Source: an uncultured Planctomycetota bacterium
Lineage (GTDB): Bacteria; Planctomycetota; Planctomycetia; Isosphaerales; Isosphaeraceae
DNA: 64,000 nucleotides
Assembly (NCBI GenBank): GCA_963845755.1
Contig: CAWJTV010000039.1
Location: forward strand, 401,457 to 465,456
Direction: 5' to 3'
Of the stretch, positions 1 through 12,107 are shown in pieces. A model generated the notes under the pieces. That model searched no databases and was not told the DNA's origin. It worked only from the letters and a program-made list of their open reading frames with translations. A program made the translations under genes and the position numbers. Within the stretch, counting starts at the first letter, position 1; every line of letters begins with the position of its first letter.

Positions 1-430
1 CGGCCAGGTAGACCGGCAGGTCAACACCGCCGGCCGCCACCGCCGCGCGGACCACCGCGGGATCCTCGGCCTCGACGGCTGCCGACACCGGGGCAAACCG
101 CCGATGCGCCCTGAGCCCCTTCCAGGCCGCCTCCAACTCCGGCAGACAGGCCCGTCCCGTCGGCGACCCGGCCGACCAGAAGACCAGCCAGACCACCCGG
201 TCGTTCAGGCCGATCAGCACGATCGGCTCGGATGTCTTCAGGTCGAGCAACCGGAGTGGAGGCGCCACGTCGCCCACCGAGACGTCGGTGACCTCCGGCC
301 GTTGTCGCGAGGAACCCGGTCCGTAACGGACCCACGCCGCCCCGACGACCGCCGTGACCGTGACCACGCCCATGAGCGCGGTGACCGCGTCGAACCCGCC
401 GGCGGCGGGGATGTTCGGTCGGTGTCGCAT
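1..430 (-). CDS. Membrane-anchored thioredoxin-fold (TlpA/redoxin-like) protein, 3' end outside window
   Basis: Manual translation from ATG at 430: N-terminal TM helix, then VGDVAPPLRLLDL...VVWLVFWSAGSPTGRACLPEL; the CxxC position is degenerate. Confidence 0.6.
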   Translation of the reverse strand, partial: MRHRPNIPAAGGFDAVTALMGVVTVTAVVGAAWVRYGPGSSRQRPEVTDVSVGDVAPPLRLLDLKTSEPIVLIGLNDRVVWLVFWSAGSPTGRACLPELEAAWKGLRAHRRFAPVSAAVEAEDPAVVRAAVAAGGVDLPVYLA

Positions 431-476
431 CCATCGATCGGCCTCCCGGCCAGGTTGTTCGCTCGCCCCCCGAGGA

Positions 477-1873
477 TCAGCGGCCGATGACCTGCGGTCT
501 GAGCGTGACGATCGTGTCGATGGGTGTGAGTTCGTCCTCGGGAAGGTCCAGGGCCATCCCGCGCGGCGCCGCGCCTGCGACAGCTTCAACCGTCGGTCCT
601 TGCCGAAGAGGTAGGGCGTCCACGAGGCCGTCGCCTCGTGGAGGATGATCGGCGTCTCGGCCCGCGGGTCGAGGATGTGCAGGAAGATCTCACTCGGGCT
701 ATCCCTCGACCCCTTGGCGGTCGAGACGCCCCAGGGCCGCGGCGCGATCGGGCCGCCGCGGGTGCCGTAGATCGCATCGCCGTGGGTCGCCAGCCACTTC
801 CCGACCTCGATCAGCCGGTCGCGGGATTCCGGGCCGATGGTCCCGTCGGGGTGCGGCCCGACGTTCAAGAGCAAGTTGGCACCCCGGCCCGCGGCGCCGA
901 CCAGGGCGCGGATGAGCTGCTCGGGACTCTTGTAGTGGGTGTCGGCGGCACGGTAGCCCCAGGAGTCGTTGATCGTCAGGCAGGTCTCCAGGGGCAGGTC
1001 GGCGGCGACGCCGGCCTTGTTGAAGCCCGCCGCGTTCTCGCCGGGCAGGTCCTGCTCGAACATCTGGAAGTCCTCGCCGGGCATCGGCGCCACGTGATGA
1101 TTGTTCCCTACCAGCGCACCGGGCTGGAGCTCGTGGATCATCCGGTACGTACCCTCGAGGTCCCAGTCGGCGTCGGGCCGGTCCCACCAACCGTCGAACC
1201 AGATCCCCCCGATCTCCCCGTAATTCGTGCAGAGCTCGCGCACCTGCCCCTGGTAATAGGCGACATACCGCTTCCACTCTCTCCGGGCTTCCGGGTCGTT
1301 GGTCTTGCCCGTCTTGCCCAGGGCGGGATAGCTGGGGTGGTGCCAGTCGAGCAGCGAATAATAGAAGAAGAGCTTGATATTCTGATCGCGACACGCATCC
1401 GCCAGCGCCTTCAACGGATCCTTGCGATAGGGCGTGGCGTCAACGATGTCGAAGTCGGTCCGCTTGGTGTCGAACATGCAGAAGCCGTCGTGGTGCTTGC
1501 TCGTGACGGTGATGTACCGCGCCCCGGCGGACCTGGCCAGCTTGACCCAGGCCTCGGCGTCGAACTTGGTCGGATTGAAGCGCGGGGGGAGCTTGGCATA
1601 CTCGCGGATGGGCAGCTTGTCGTGGTCCATCACCCACTCGCCCTTGCCCAGCAGGGAGTAGACCCCCCAGTGAACGAAGAGGCCGAACTTGGCATCCTGG
1701 AACCATTGCCGAGCCGCCGCGTTGCGCTCGGTCCGGGATCCCGGGGCGGCGGCGGGTCGATCGTCAGGAGAACTTGCGCGGCCCGAGAGGCCCAGGGCGA
1801 CGGCGATCAGGGCAATGCTCCCGGCGATCGCTCGGACTCGCGACGCGTTCGACAACCGCACCGATCGGCTCAT
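477..1873 (-). CDS. Alpha-L-fucosidase (GH29) with signal peptide; apparent frameshift near 565
   Basis: Manual translation gives WFQDAKFGLFVHWGVYS, ITVTSKHHDGFCMF, FYYSLLDWHHP; C-terminus LDLPEDELTPIDTIVTL* lies in a shifted frame ending at 477. Confidence 0.9.
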
Positions 1874-2060
1874 GGCGGTCCCTCCCGTGTTGGCCCCGGC
1901 CGAGGACGTCCTCTTCCGAGTACGATGGTCGTTCCCGGGCGCGCTGTCAACCCGGCGAGCCATGCGAGAGGGCGGAACCGCGTTCGAAACGACCAACCCG
2001 ACCGGCGCGTGATGGGTGCGTCAGTCGGGTTCGTAGGGGGGTGATCGGGCGGACCGATCC

Positions 2061-2383
2061 TCAGATGGGATAGAGGTTCTTGAGCCGCTTGCGGGCCTCG
2101 GCGCTTCCCTTGGCCGCCTTGATCAGCGGGAACGTCTGCATCTTGCCGTCGACCTCCAGGGTCAACTGCCCGTTCCGGATCACCGAGGTCGCCACGCGGC
2201 ACATACGCGCGTCTTGCCGTTGGGCAGCCAGATGTGGATCCACTGGAGGTTGGGCTTGAATGTGCGGCGGCTCACGCCGGTCGTCTTCTTGCCGACGCCG
2301 CCCAGGTATTTCGCCTTGCCGCGCTCGGTCTTGTGATTGCCGAACGAGGTCTTCTTGCCACTCACGGGACATTCACGGCCCAT
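2061..2383 (-). CDS. rpmB: 50S ribosomal protein L28 (indel near 2200, likely sequencing error)
   Basis: MGRECPVSGKKTSFGN...GGVGKKTTGVSRRTFKPNLQ joins RVATSVIR in another frame. Confidence 0.9.
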
Positions 2384-2396
2384 CGCACCCGCTCCT

Positions 2397-2440
2397 CATT
2401 CCGGATTCCGGATTCGAGATTCGAGATTCCGGATTCCAAA
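2397..2440. repeat. Heptamer tandem repeat (GATTCCG/GATTCGA)n; similar tracts at about 20008-20087, 39949-39976, 40118-40160 and 56911-56990
   Basis: attccggattccggattcgagattcgagattccggattcc read directly. Confidence 0.85.
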
Positions 2441-2498
2441 TAATCGACTGCCGATCTCCGAGGCCAAAACGCCGAGCCGAGGAACCCTCGTCACCCGG

Positions 2499-2714
2499 CT
2501 ACTTCTTGGTCTTTTCCTTATCCTTCTTGGCCATCGGATTATGCGGCTTGCTCCGCTGGACGTTGCCGCATTCCTCGACCAGGTCGCACACTTTGTGCGG
2601 CGGGATCGCCTGCTTACACTGCGGGCAGATGTTCAATGCGGGAGCGACCAGGAAATCGTGGCTCCTTCGCATCCCTTGTGCTGATGGCGACTTACGCCGT
2701 TTTGGTACAGCCAC
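2499..2714 (-). CDS. rpmF: 50S ribosomal protein L32
   Basis: MAVPKRRKS...MRRSHD...CPQC...PHKVC. Confidence 0.95.
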   Translation of the reverse strand: MAVPKRRKSPSAQGMRRSHDFLVAPALNICPQCKQAIPPHKVCDLVEECGNVQRSKPHNPMAKKDKEKTKK

Positions 2715-2847
2715 GAACTCACACTCCGAATCCAGTCCGGTTGCGTCAATTTCCGGGGAAAAGTCTTATTATCCGAATCCCGGGTCGCATTTCAAGAGCG
2801 CCCTCGCCGTGCGCCGTCTTCTCCGGCCATTTATCCTGACGACCCCC

Positions 2848-2903
2848 TTGCCAGTTTATGACGACCGTCGTAGAATCGTGGAAGTTTTACGACAAAGGAC
2901 GTA
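2848..2903 (+). promoter_or_regulatory. Sigma70-type promoter with two BlaI-family operator palindromes
   Basis: TTGCCA(2848)-17 nt-TAGAAT(2871); TATGAC-N4-GTCGTA (2857-2872) and TACGAC-N4-GACGTA (2888-2903), each one mismatch from TACGAC-N4-GTCGTA. Confidence 0.75.
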
Positions 2904-2931
2904 ATCGGGTCTTTCGCCGCGAGGGGATGCC

Positions 2932-3339
2932 ATGCCAGAGCGACGAGCCGCGCCCCGGCTGACTTCCGGGGAGATGGAGATCCTGGCGATGCTCTGGGAT
3001 CGCGGGGACTTGACGCTCTCCGAGGCCCACCAGGCGCTGGGGCGGCCGATCGGCTACACGACGATGCAGACGCGCCTGAACCGGCTGGTCGCCAAGGGGG
3101 TGGTCTCGCGGTCGGAGGGACGTCCCGCCCGTTACGGCGCGGCCGTGGGCGCCGAGGCGGTCGGCACGCGGCATCTGGATCTCCTGCTGGAACGGATCCG
3201 GGGGTTCAAGATCGTCCCCCTGGTCGCCCATCTCGTCCGGGATCGGCGGCTGACCTCGGAGGAAATCCGCGAGTTGAAGCGATTGATCAACCAGGCCGAG
3301 GCGTCGAGCCGTGGCCATGGTGAGGAGGACCGGTCATGA
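2932..3339 (+). CDS. BlaI/MecI/CopY family repressor
   Basis: LTSGEMEILAMLW...IGYTTMQTRLNRLVAKG...LTSEEIRELKRLI. Confidence 0.9.
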   Translation: MPERRAAPRLTSGEMEILAMLWDRGDLTLSEAHQALGRPIGYTTMQTRLNRLVAKGVVSRSEGRPARYGAAVGAEAVGTRHLDLLLERIRGFKIVPLVAHLVRDRRLTSEEIRELKRLINQAEASSRGHGEEDRS

Positions 3340-6300
3340 GCCTGCGCGCCGATGAGATCCTCCCGATCCTGCTCCGCACGACCGGGTTGCTCGCTCTGTC
3401 CGTGCTGGCGGTTCGCGTGGTGCTTGGCCGGTTTTGCCCGGCTTCTCCCGCACTCTACCGCGCGGCCTACGCCCTGGCGCTGCTCCAGGGCATCCTGATC
3501 GTACGACTGTCCATCCCGTTGCCCTGGGGTGGGGGGCTGATGACGAGCGATTCGCACGCGCCATCGTCCCTCTCGAGGGACGAACCGACGGCGTTCCCCG
3601 CCATGACGCCCACAACCACCTCATCGGGTGAGCACACGCAAGACACCGGACCGCCGGCAAACGTCGCGGCCCTCCCGACCCGCCACGACGGATCGGCCGC
3701 GATTCCTCGGTCCGTCGTGAACTGGCCGGGATTCCTCGTCGCGGGCTGGCTCGCGGGCATGGTCGGATTGCCGGCCCTGCTGCTCGTCGGTTACGTCCGG
3801 TTCGTCCTCGGGCTCCGCACCAGGCCGCCGGACGAGGCGGTCTGGGCCGAGGAGTGGTCGTCGCTGCTGGCCGAATGCGGCGTCCCGCGATCCATTACCC
3901 TCCGGGTGAGCGATCAGATGGGCCCGATGCTCTGCCGCATCCCCGGCGGCTACTACCTGATCGTGCCCGGTTGGTTGTGGCGCCGGCTTGATGCCGCGGA
4001 ACGGCTGGCGATCCTTCGGCATGAGCTGGCTCACTACACCCGGGGCGATCTCGGAAAGTCGCTGGCGGTCCACGCGCTGGCGCTGCCCCACTGGTTCAAC
4101 CCGTTCGCCTGGTGGGCGGTGCGGACGTTCGACGAGTGCGGCGAATGGGCCTGCGACGACATGGCAACCGGAGGTCCCGGAACCAGCACCAGCGTCGCGT
4201 ACGCCCGGGCCTTGCTCCGATTGGTGGAAGCCGGCCCTCCCACACCTGCGTTCGGTTTCTCGGCCCGGGGCCCATCGCTGTCGACCCGCGTGCGGAGGCT
4301 CCTGCAACCTCGACCGGCTTCCGACCCGCTGCGGACACGTTTGGCTCGTCATCGGCCTTGCGATCGCACTCCTGGCGTTCCACCTGGTTCGTCCCGAGCT
4401 GGGAGCCAGGCCGTCTCGGGCGGCCGATCCTGAGGGCAACCGGTTCGACCTTTACGGCGATCCGCTTCCGCCCGGCGCGTTGGCCCGGCTGGGAACCGTG
4501 CGGTTCCGTCCGGGCCAGAGCGTCGAACGGCTCGCGTACGCGCCGGACGGGAAGACACTGGCCTGCTGGGACTCATCGAACACCCTCACTCTCTTCGAGG
4601 CGGCGACGGGCAAGCCGATTCGCCGACATCCCTTCGCGCAAGCCGGGGCTCACGTGCTGACTTACCTGCCGGGCGGCAAGTCGCTGGCGGTCGTCGGGTC
4701 GCACGACGAAGTCGTCCACTTGTGGGATTTCGCCTCGGGAGCGGAGCCAGCACCCGACCTCGGCCCGCGCCCGCTTCTGGGGTGAGGGAAGTCATGATCG
4801 GCGACGATCGTGAGAAATTCTCCACTTTCGCCGTGTCGCCGGACGGCAAACTCCTGGCCGGCGGCAGCTCCGGCTTCGGCGATCGGGGCCGGATGATCCG
4901 GCTCTGGGACGTGGCCACGGGGAAACGGCTCGACGAGTTGAAACCCCGGCGCGACTTCGAGCGACGGCCGAGTCACATCCTCTGGATCGCGTTCAGCTCC
5001 GACGGCCGGACGCTCTACTCGCTGAGCGGCGATCCTGGCTGGAGTCCCGGGATGTTCAACAAGGGAGGAAGTGGTATCCTCTACACCTGGGACGTGGCCC
5101 GCGGCGCGGAGGTCCACCATTTCGCGGTGCCGCTCCCTTCGCAACAGGGGTTCCGGCGGACCCTAACCATCTCGCCAGACGGGCGGATCCTGGCCGTCGG
5201 GGCACCGACGAAGCCAATCCATCTGATCCGCCTGGCCGATGGCACGGAGCTGCTGCGAATCGACGGCCTCGGGGGACGGGCCCACACGCTGGAGTTCTCG
5301 CCCGATGGGACGCGTCTCCTCAGCGGAGGAGAGGATCAAGCGGCCCGGATCTGGGACGTTGCGACGGGCCGGCCGGTCGGAGAACCGATCAAGCACCGAT
5401 CCTGGGTCGAGGCCATCGCCGTCGCCCCCGGCGGGCGCGTGGCCGCTTCCGGCGGGCAAGACTATCTGATCCGGACCTGGGACCCGAACACGTCTCGGGA
5501 GTTGGTCCAGAGCCCGGCTCACGAGTTCTGGGTGGCGGGTATTGCCTTGTCGCCCGACGGCGCGACCGCGATCACGTCCTCCTGGCACGACACGATCCGG
5601 ATCTGGGATGTGGCAACCGGCCGTCAACGTCGCGTGATCGGTGATCCGGATGGGGCCGGTCGCCATGGCGCTGTCTCCGGACGGTCGTGTGCTGGCGGTC
5701 TCGGCCGGCCGGCCCGCAGAGATCCGCCTGTTCGACCCCGATTCGGGCCGAGAACTGAGGCGGCTGCACGGCCGCACACGGGGCGTCTACCAGTCGATGG
5801 CCTTCTCCCGCGACGGCAGCCGGCTCGTCGCCGCCGGCGGCGAGGATCAGACCGTGCGGCTCTGGGACGTGGCCACGGGCGAATCCCTGTGGATCATGAA
5901 ACACGAGGAAAGTGTCCGCTTCGCCACGATCTCCCCGGACGGCGCCACGATCGCCGCCGCAGGCTGAGGACAATCGACGGGAGGCGCCGGCAACGTCATC
6001 CGAATCTGGGATGCGAAGGACCGGCCGACAGGTCCGCGAGCTCCGGGGACTCAAGGGATCGGCTCAACGCGCTGGTTTTCTCGCCCGATGGAAAACAGCT
6101 CGCGACCGGGGGGATGTCGGTTCGTGAAGGCGTTGGAGACGGCGGCCGTGGATCTCGGCTCTCCCGACTTCAGCGACTCGGTCCATCTCTGGGACGTGGC
6201 CACGGGGACCGATCTCCGCCAGTTCCCGGGCGAACCGGCCGAGTAGTGGGGCCGAAGCCGAACCGTCAACGCCCTGGCGTTCACCCCCGATGGACGTACC

Positions 6301-6501
6301 TTGATCACCGGCGAGGGTGACGGCACGATCGTGCTCTATGACGCGGCGACCGCGGCCGTGCGGGCCACACTCCGCGGACACCTCAATGGCGTCAGTGCTG
6401 TGTCCGTGTCATCGGACGGCCGGAGGCTGGCTTCGGCGGGCATGGACTTGACGGGCTTGGTCTGGGATCTGAACAGGGTGCTTACGCCGGCAAGAAAGTA
6501 G
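3336..6501 (+). CDS. M56 (BlaR1/MecR1) peptidase fused to WD40 beta-propeller; several apparent frameshifts
   Basis: HELAH, HWFNPFAW and ECGEWACD motifs, then DLYGDPLPPGALARLG and many (F/I)SPDG...(L/I)WDVATG repeats across frames; ATGA overlap with blaI. Confidence 0.85.
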
Positions 6502-6502
6502 G

Positions 6503-7915
6503 TCAGTCTGGAAAGCCTGACCGACGTGGGGCCGCGACGGGCTCCAGGCGGATCCGGTTGCGGTACGTCCCCGCCCGGTGGCCGACGCAATCCCAGCCGC
6601 GGCCGACCGACGTCGCCGCCAGCGTGACGAAGATCGATGCCGGTGCCGTGGGCGAGGACGAGTCCGCCGGAAGGCTGAACTCGATGGCATTGACCGGCAC
6701 GCCCCAGCCGGCCGTCGGCGAGAGGGTGGTGTCGGCCTGGGCCGCGTAATCGTCGAGGGAAAGCCGCGCGACGGCTCGCTCCTCGTCGTGGAACGTGATC
6801 GTGAGGGCCTGCTCGGGCTCGAGTCAACCGCGGGCTAGCGTGTGGAATGGACCTTTCTCGCTGTTGGACGCCTCGACGACGCGGAACGTCCGATCGGCCT
6901 CGACGAACGCAAACCGCGCCGGCCGGCCGAACGGATAGTCGAAGGGCCGAACCTCGATCCGGGCGCCCGGACACGGCGAGAACTCCAGAAACAGCCGGCG
7001 ATGCCCCCGGACCTCGACGTCGCAGAACGAATTGAGATGCGAGTCGATCGGCCGGTCCAGCCGCGTCGCGGCCTCGAGCGCGATCCGGCCCGGCTCCGGC
7101 CCCGCGTCGACGCGAGCGTCGCCGAGCCTTGTCCTCGGAACTCGTAGAACAGGACGCACGATCGCTCATCAAGTCGCCGGCCGTCGCGGAACCGGGGCTC
7201 GGGGCCTTCACGATCCCGGCGCGGACCAGCACGGTCGGGCATCCGTCCGGGGATTGGTTCAGGAAGGTCAGGAGCGGCTGGACCGAGATCGTCAACGGCG
7301 CCATGCGGGCGATCAGGGAACCGTCAGAAGTCTGGACCATGGCATTCGGTTCGAACCGGACACTCCCGGACGGCGTGTGGTTCGCCGTGTCGGAAAGCAA
7401 CTCGATCGGGGCCAAGGGGATGTCCCGAGGATGGGTCGCGGGGGTGGGTGGCCGCAACGTGGCGGCGGCGCCGCGCCGGCCAGGGCCGACCCGATCGCCA
7501 ACAGCAAACCCCCAACCCATCCCCGCGCGCCCGGCCCCCGCCAGGGACGGACCGCGGCCATCGCCATGGTGGCGGCGATCGCCACGGGCACCAGCCAGAT
7601 CCCCGCCATCGTGATCGGGAACAGGATCCGCAACACGATGCACCCCCCGACCCAGGCCGCGGGCCATGCGGGCAAGAGTAGCCGGAGGGCCGCGATGCGG
7701 TCCTGCCGCAATGCGGCCAGCGACGCGATCGACAGTCCCAGGACGACCGGCGGCGCCACGCGGTTGGACCAGAACCGCGGGTGCCCGAATCCAAAACCGC
7801 CCGGCGACAACCACCACCACGCCAGGGCCAGCAGACCATGCCCGATCAGCACCATGAGCCAGAACATCCGCCGGATCCGCTGCATCAGACTCACGCCCGT
7901 TTCCTCGCCGCCCAT
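6503..7915 (-). CDS. Hypothetical membrane protein, frameshifted
   Basis: Hydrophobic N-terminus (ORF 7313-7915), continued by ORFs 6824-7159 and 6503-6700. Confidence 0.5.
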
Positions 7916-8275
7916 TCCACGCCCCTTCCAGCTCGGCCCCGCCGGATGAGTCCTCTCGCCGTACAGGAGACGAAGCCTTCCGTGCGCAGGATCAGTGGTG
8001 GCACAGTTCGACGTTCGCCGATTGTTCTTTGTTCTTCAGACATGATCAGAAATGAGGAATTCCGTATTTTTTCCCGTAGCCTTCGGGCGAGAATCCTTTA
8101 TTACTGATCATGTCACTGAGGCACGACCTGTTTCGATTCGGGTGCGACTCACTCGCCCCCGTCACGGGCGGGAACCACGTCCAGCCCCCGTCATTGCGGC
8201 CCATGTCGGTGCGTTCGCATCGTCTTCGAGAGTCGATGGATGAGGTGTTGCCTCCCAACATCTGGAGATTTTCTC

Positions 8276-11200
8276 ATGTCTTCCTTAAACCCCAATTCTC
8301 GCCCCAGGCGCCTGTTCCGGCTGAGGGATGGCCTCGGGAACACCGACCGGTCGCGGACCCGCCGCAGCTCCCGTCTCGGACTGGAGCCGCTGGAAGACCG
8401 CGTCGTCCTGAGCAATTACACGGTCACGAACGTCGACTACAGCGGCACCGGCAGCCTGGGCGCCGCCATCGCGGCCGCCGTCACCAGTGATGATTCGCAT
8501 GCTCAGATCGATTTCAGCTTGCCCGACAACTCGACGATCGCGCTGACGGCCAGCGACGCGGATGCGAGCAGCACCTACGGCCCGACGGCGTACGTCGTCT
8601 CGGGGAGCGGCGTCCATATCACGATCGACGGGTCGGGCTCACCGGGTCTGACGATCGACGGATCGGGCGCGATCCGCGTGTTCGCGGTGACCAGCCCGGC
8701 CTCGCTGACGCTGGAAGACCTGACGGTCTCGGGTGGCCTGGCCCAGGGCTTCAACGGCGGCGACAGCTATCATGGTGGCGGCGGTGGCGGCGGCGCGGGC
8801 TTGGGCGGGGCGGTCTACGACGACGGCGGTTCCTTCACGGCGGAGGGCGTCACGTTCACCAACGACGTCGCCCGCGGCGGGAACGGCGGGAATGCCGGCG
8901 ATGGCGAAGGGGGTAGCGGCGGCGGCGGAGGTGGACTCAGCGGCGCCGGCCAGAGCGGGAGCGCCGGCGGGATTGGTGGGATCAACAGCGGCGGTGACGG
9001 TGGCAGCGGCAACGACGATGACGATGGCGATGACGGCGCCAATGGCGGCTTCGGCGGCGGTGGTGGCGGTGGGGGTTCTGGCTCCGAAGGCGCCGGCGGC
9101 GCCGGCGGCGCCGGCGGTTTCGGCGGCGGTGGCGGTGGTGGCGGTAGCGGGGAATCCCCTGGCAGAGACGGCTTCGGCGGCATCGGTGGCGGTAAGGGTG
9201 GCAGCGGATCGATTGACTCGGGCGGAGGGGGAGGAGGAGGCGCCGGACTCGGCGGCGGCATCTTCAGCAATGGCGGCTCACTCACCCTCGTGAACGACAC
9301 CTTCACCGGCGACACCGCGCAAGGAGGGGCCGGCGGCACCTCCATTACAGCCAGGGCAGTGGATATGGCGGCACCGTCTTCGCCCTCAACGGCACCTTCA
9401 ACGCCACCTTCGACACGTTCAGCAGCAACATCGCCCAGGACGGCGCCGGCAACGTCCTCGATAGCACCGATATCTACATCCTCACCGGCTCGGTAGACTC
9501 CGGTGACTATGGTGGCGGCACGTTCGATGGCACCTTCGAAGATGACATCTTCGGCCAGAGCAACGCCACCACCGCGGATATCGTCATCCCTGATGAGGTC
9601 AACACAGACGTCGTCCCTGACGAGGCCCTCCCCGGTTCAGGGTTCAGCGTGACTGCCCAATACGACCTGGTCAGCAACAACAGCCCACCAGCGGGGGAGG
9701 GGGCTACCGACGGCCTACCCACCGACGGGCCAGGCATGCTCATCGGCGTTGATCCCATCCTCTGTGGCCTGCGCTCCAATGGCGGGCCGACGCCGACGAT
9801 GGCCCTGATGTCCAACAGCCCGGCCCTCGCCGCGGGCATCACGGCCGACGACCCGGTCACGGGCAACCCGACCACCACCGACCAGCGCGGTTACATCCGT
9901 GCGGCCACGCCCGACATCGGGGCCTACGGGGGCACCCAGGCCACCTCGACCCTCCCGACGGTCACCGGCCTGAACCCGACCGATGGTCCGCAATCCGGCG
10001 GCACCTCGGTGACGATCACCGGCACCGGCTTCGCCACCGATACGGCGGTGGACTTCGACACCACGCCGGCGACCGACGTCAAAGTGGTCAGCGACACGAC
10101 CATCACGGCCGACAGCCCGGCCGGTACCGGAGTCGTCGACGTGACCGTGGTCACCCCGGGAGGCACCTCGGCTACCTCAACCGTCGATCAGTTCACCTAC
10201 CTCGCCGCGCCCACGATCACGATCCGCCCGAGTGTCTCTGGACCTGGGTACGACCACGGTGGGGATGGCCGGGACGGAGCAGAGCTACACGATCTGTGGT
10301 GCGAACCTGACCGCCAACGTCACCGTCACCGCGCCAACGGGTGTCGAACTGTCCGACGACGAGGGCACCACGTGGAATTCCTCACTGACGCTGACCGAGA
10401 GCGACGGCACGCTGAACCGGACGACGATCGAGGCGCAGGATCGACGCCTCGGCGGCGGCGGGCAGCCTTACCGGCTCGGTTGCCAGTACCAGTACCGGGG
10501 CGACCACGCAGGACGTGGCCGTCACCGGGACGGTCAAACGCGAGGCGCCAAGTGGCACCCTCGTCGCCTCGATAGCGCAGTCGTCCTACGGCGAGGACGT
10601 GACGTTCACCGCCAACTTCACCGCGGCCGCGGTCGGCACGGACCCCATGACCGGGACGGTCGCCTTCTACGACGGGACCACGTATCTCGGGACCGAGCCC
10701 CTGGCCAGCACGTTTCCACCCGTCGCGGCCGACACCCGCACGGCGACCCCGTTGCTCGTCTTTCTTGGAGTCTTCGGAATCGGCCAGCCTGTCAACCTCG
10801 TCCCTGGCCGTCGGCAGCCATAGCATCACGGCGGTCTACTCGGGCAACGCCAACTATGCCACGGCTACCACGGCGCCTCCGCTCGCGTTCCCGGTGGCCC
10901 AGGCCGCGACGAAGCTCGCGCTGGTCGATTCGAGCACGGCCCAGGGGACCAGGCTCAGCGCCGATGTCGTGGCGACCACGCCCGGCACTCCCAGTGTCGT
11001 CGGCTCGGTCGCGTTCTACGTGGACAACGCGAGCTCGTCGGCACGGAATCGGTCGCGAACAGCGTCGCGGCCCTGAATGTCGCGACGCTGTCCCCGGCGC
11101 GCACACCTTCCGCGCGGTCTTCACCGGCGGTGCGGATTTCTTGTCGAGCACGTCGCAATCGACCGTGACGGCGACGGCGACGGACCCCCCGCAAGTGGCG

Positions 11201-11728
11201 AAGGTGTTGCGCTTCGGGTTCCACGACCAGAAGACCTTCGTGATGATCGATTTCAACGGCCCACTCGACGCGACCTCGGCCGAGGCCATCGCCAACTATA
11301 CGATCGCCGGGCCAGTCGGCAAACATGGGCACAGCAGCCAGCGGATCAAGGTCGGTTCGGCCCTCTACGACGCGGCCACCCACACCGTGACTCTGGTCCC
11401 GACCGCGCGGCTGAACATCCACAAGACCTACACGCTGACGATCAATGGGAGGACACCCAGCGGGGTCGCCAATCCTTCGGGATTGATGCTGGACGAGGTG
11501 GGCAACGGCGTGCCTGGAAGGAACTACCTCACGTCGCTGACCTGGAGGAATCTGTCCGGGCCGGCCCACGCGCTGCCGACCCTGCATCTGGTCGATGCGG
11601 CCCGTGAGGCAAAGGCGGTTGCCAGGACCTCGATCCAGCACGCCCACACGACCGGGCACCACGCGGCCGTCAACTACCTGCTGGAGTCGGGATTGTTGCG
11701 CGTGCCGAAGCACGATGCAAGGAGTTGA
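8276..11728 (+). CDS. Large secreted/surface protein: planctomycete LEPR-XLL signal, Gly-rich region, choice-of-anchor-Q-like segment, IPT/TIG and Ig-like domains; frameshifted
   Basis: RLGLEPLEDRVVLS; GGGGGGAGLGGA; LRSNGGPTPTMAL...DQRG...PDIGAY; PTVTGLNPTDGPQSGGTSVTITGTGF; TGTVAFYDG...HSITAVYSGNANY. Confidence 0.8.
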
Positions 11729-12107
11729 GCGGGTTCTCACAACTTCGGAGTGAATGCCGGGGCGTTATCGAGCGGGATTCCCCCCCATGAATGCGGACCT
11801 GATCACCACGCTTCGTTCGACGCGGCGTCGGTTCGGCGGATTCGAAGTTGACTCATGATGTCGGGCATCCGGCTTCCCGACTCTCCTCGTCAGGACGATT
11901 GCAAAAAACGCGAACTGCTTTCTGAAAAACGACTTGCGCACGGCTAACCCCTGCTCCTGCCGGTTGCATGGCGCGGCGGTTTCGGGTACAATCAGGGTTT
12001 CAAGGAATCCAGCCGCTCGCTGGTCTACCCATGATGGGAATGCCGGCGGTTAGGGACTGCGGCGCGGGTATCCGGACTAGCCTGTGGAGAGGTCTTTCAT
12101 CCCCACC

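Noticed and set aside
1..1873. Fucosidase-thioredoxin fusion (one open frame to the window edge)
   Set aside because: A plausible fucosidase C-terminus and stop lie in another frame ending at 477; the read-through follows from an indel near 565
8760..9340. GGC-rich low-complexity tract as a DNA repeat element
   Set aside because: Encodes the Gly-rich region of the surface protein
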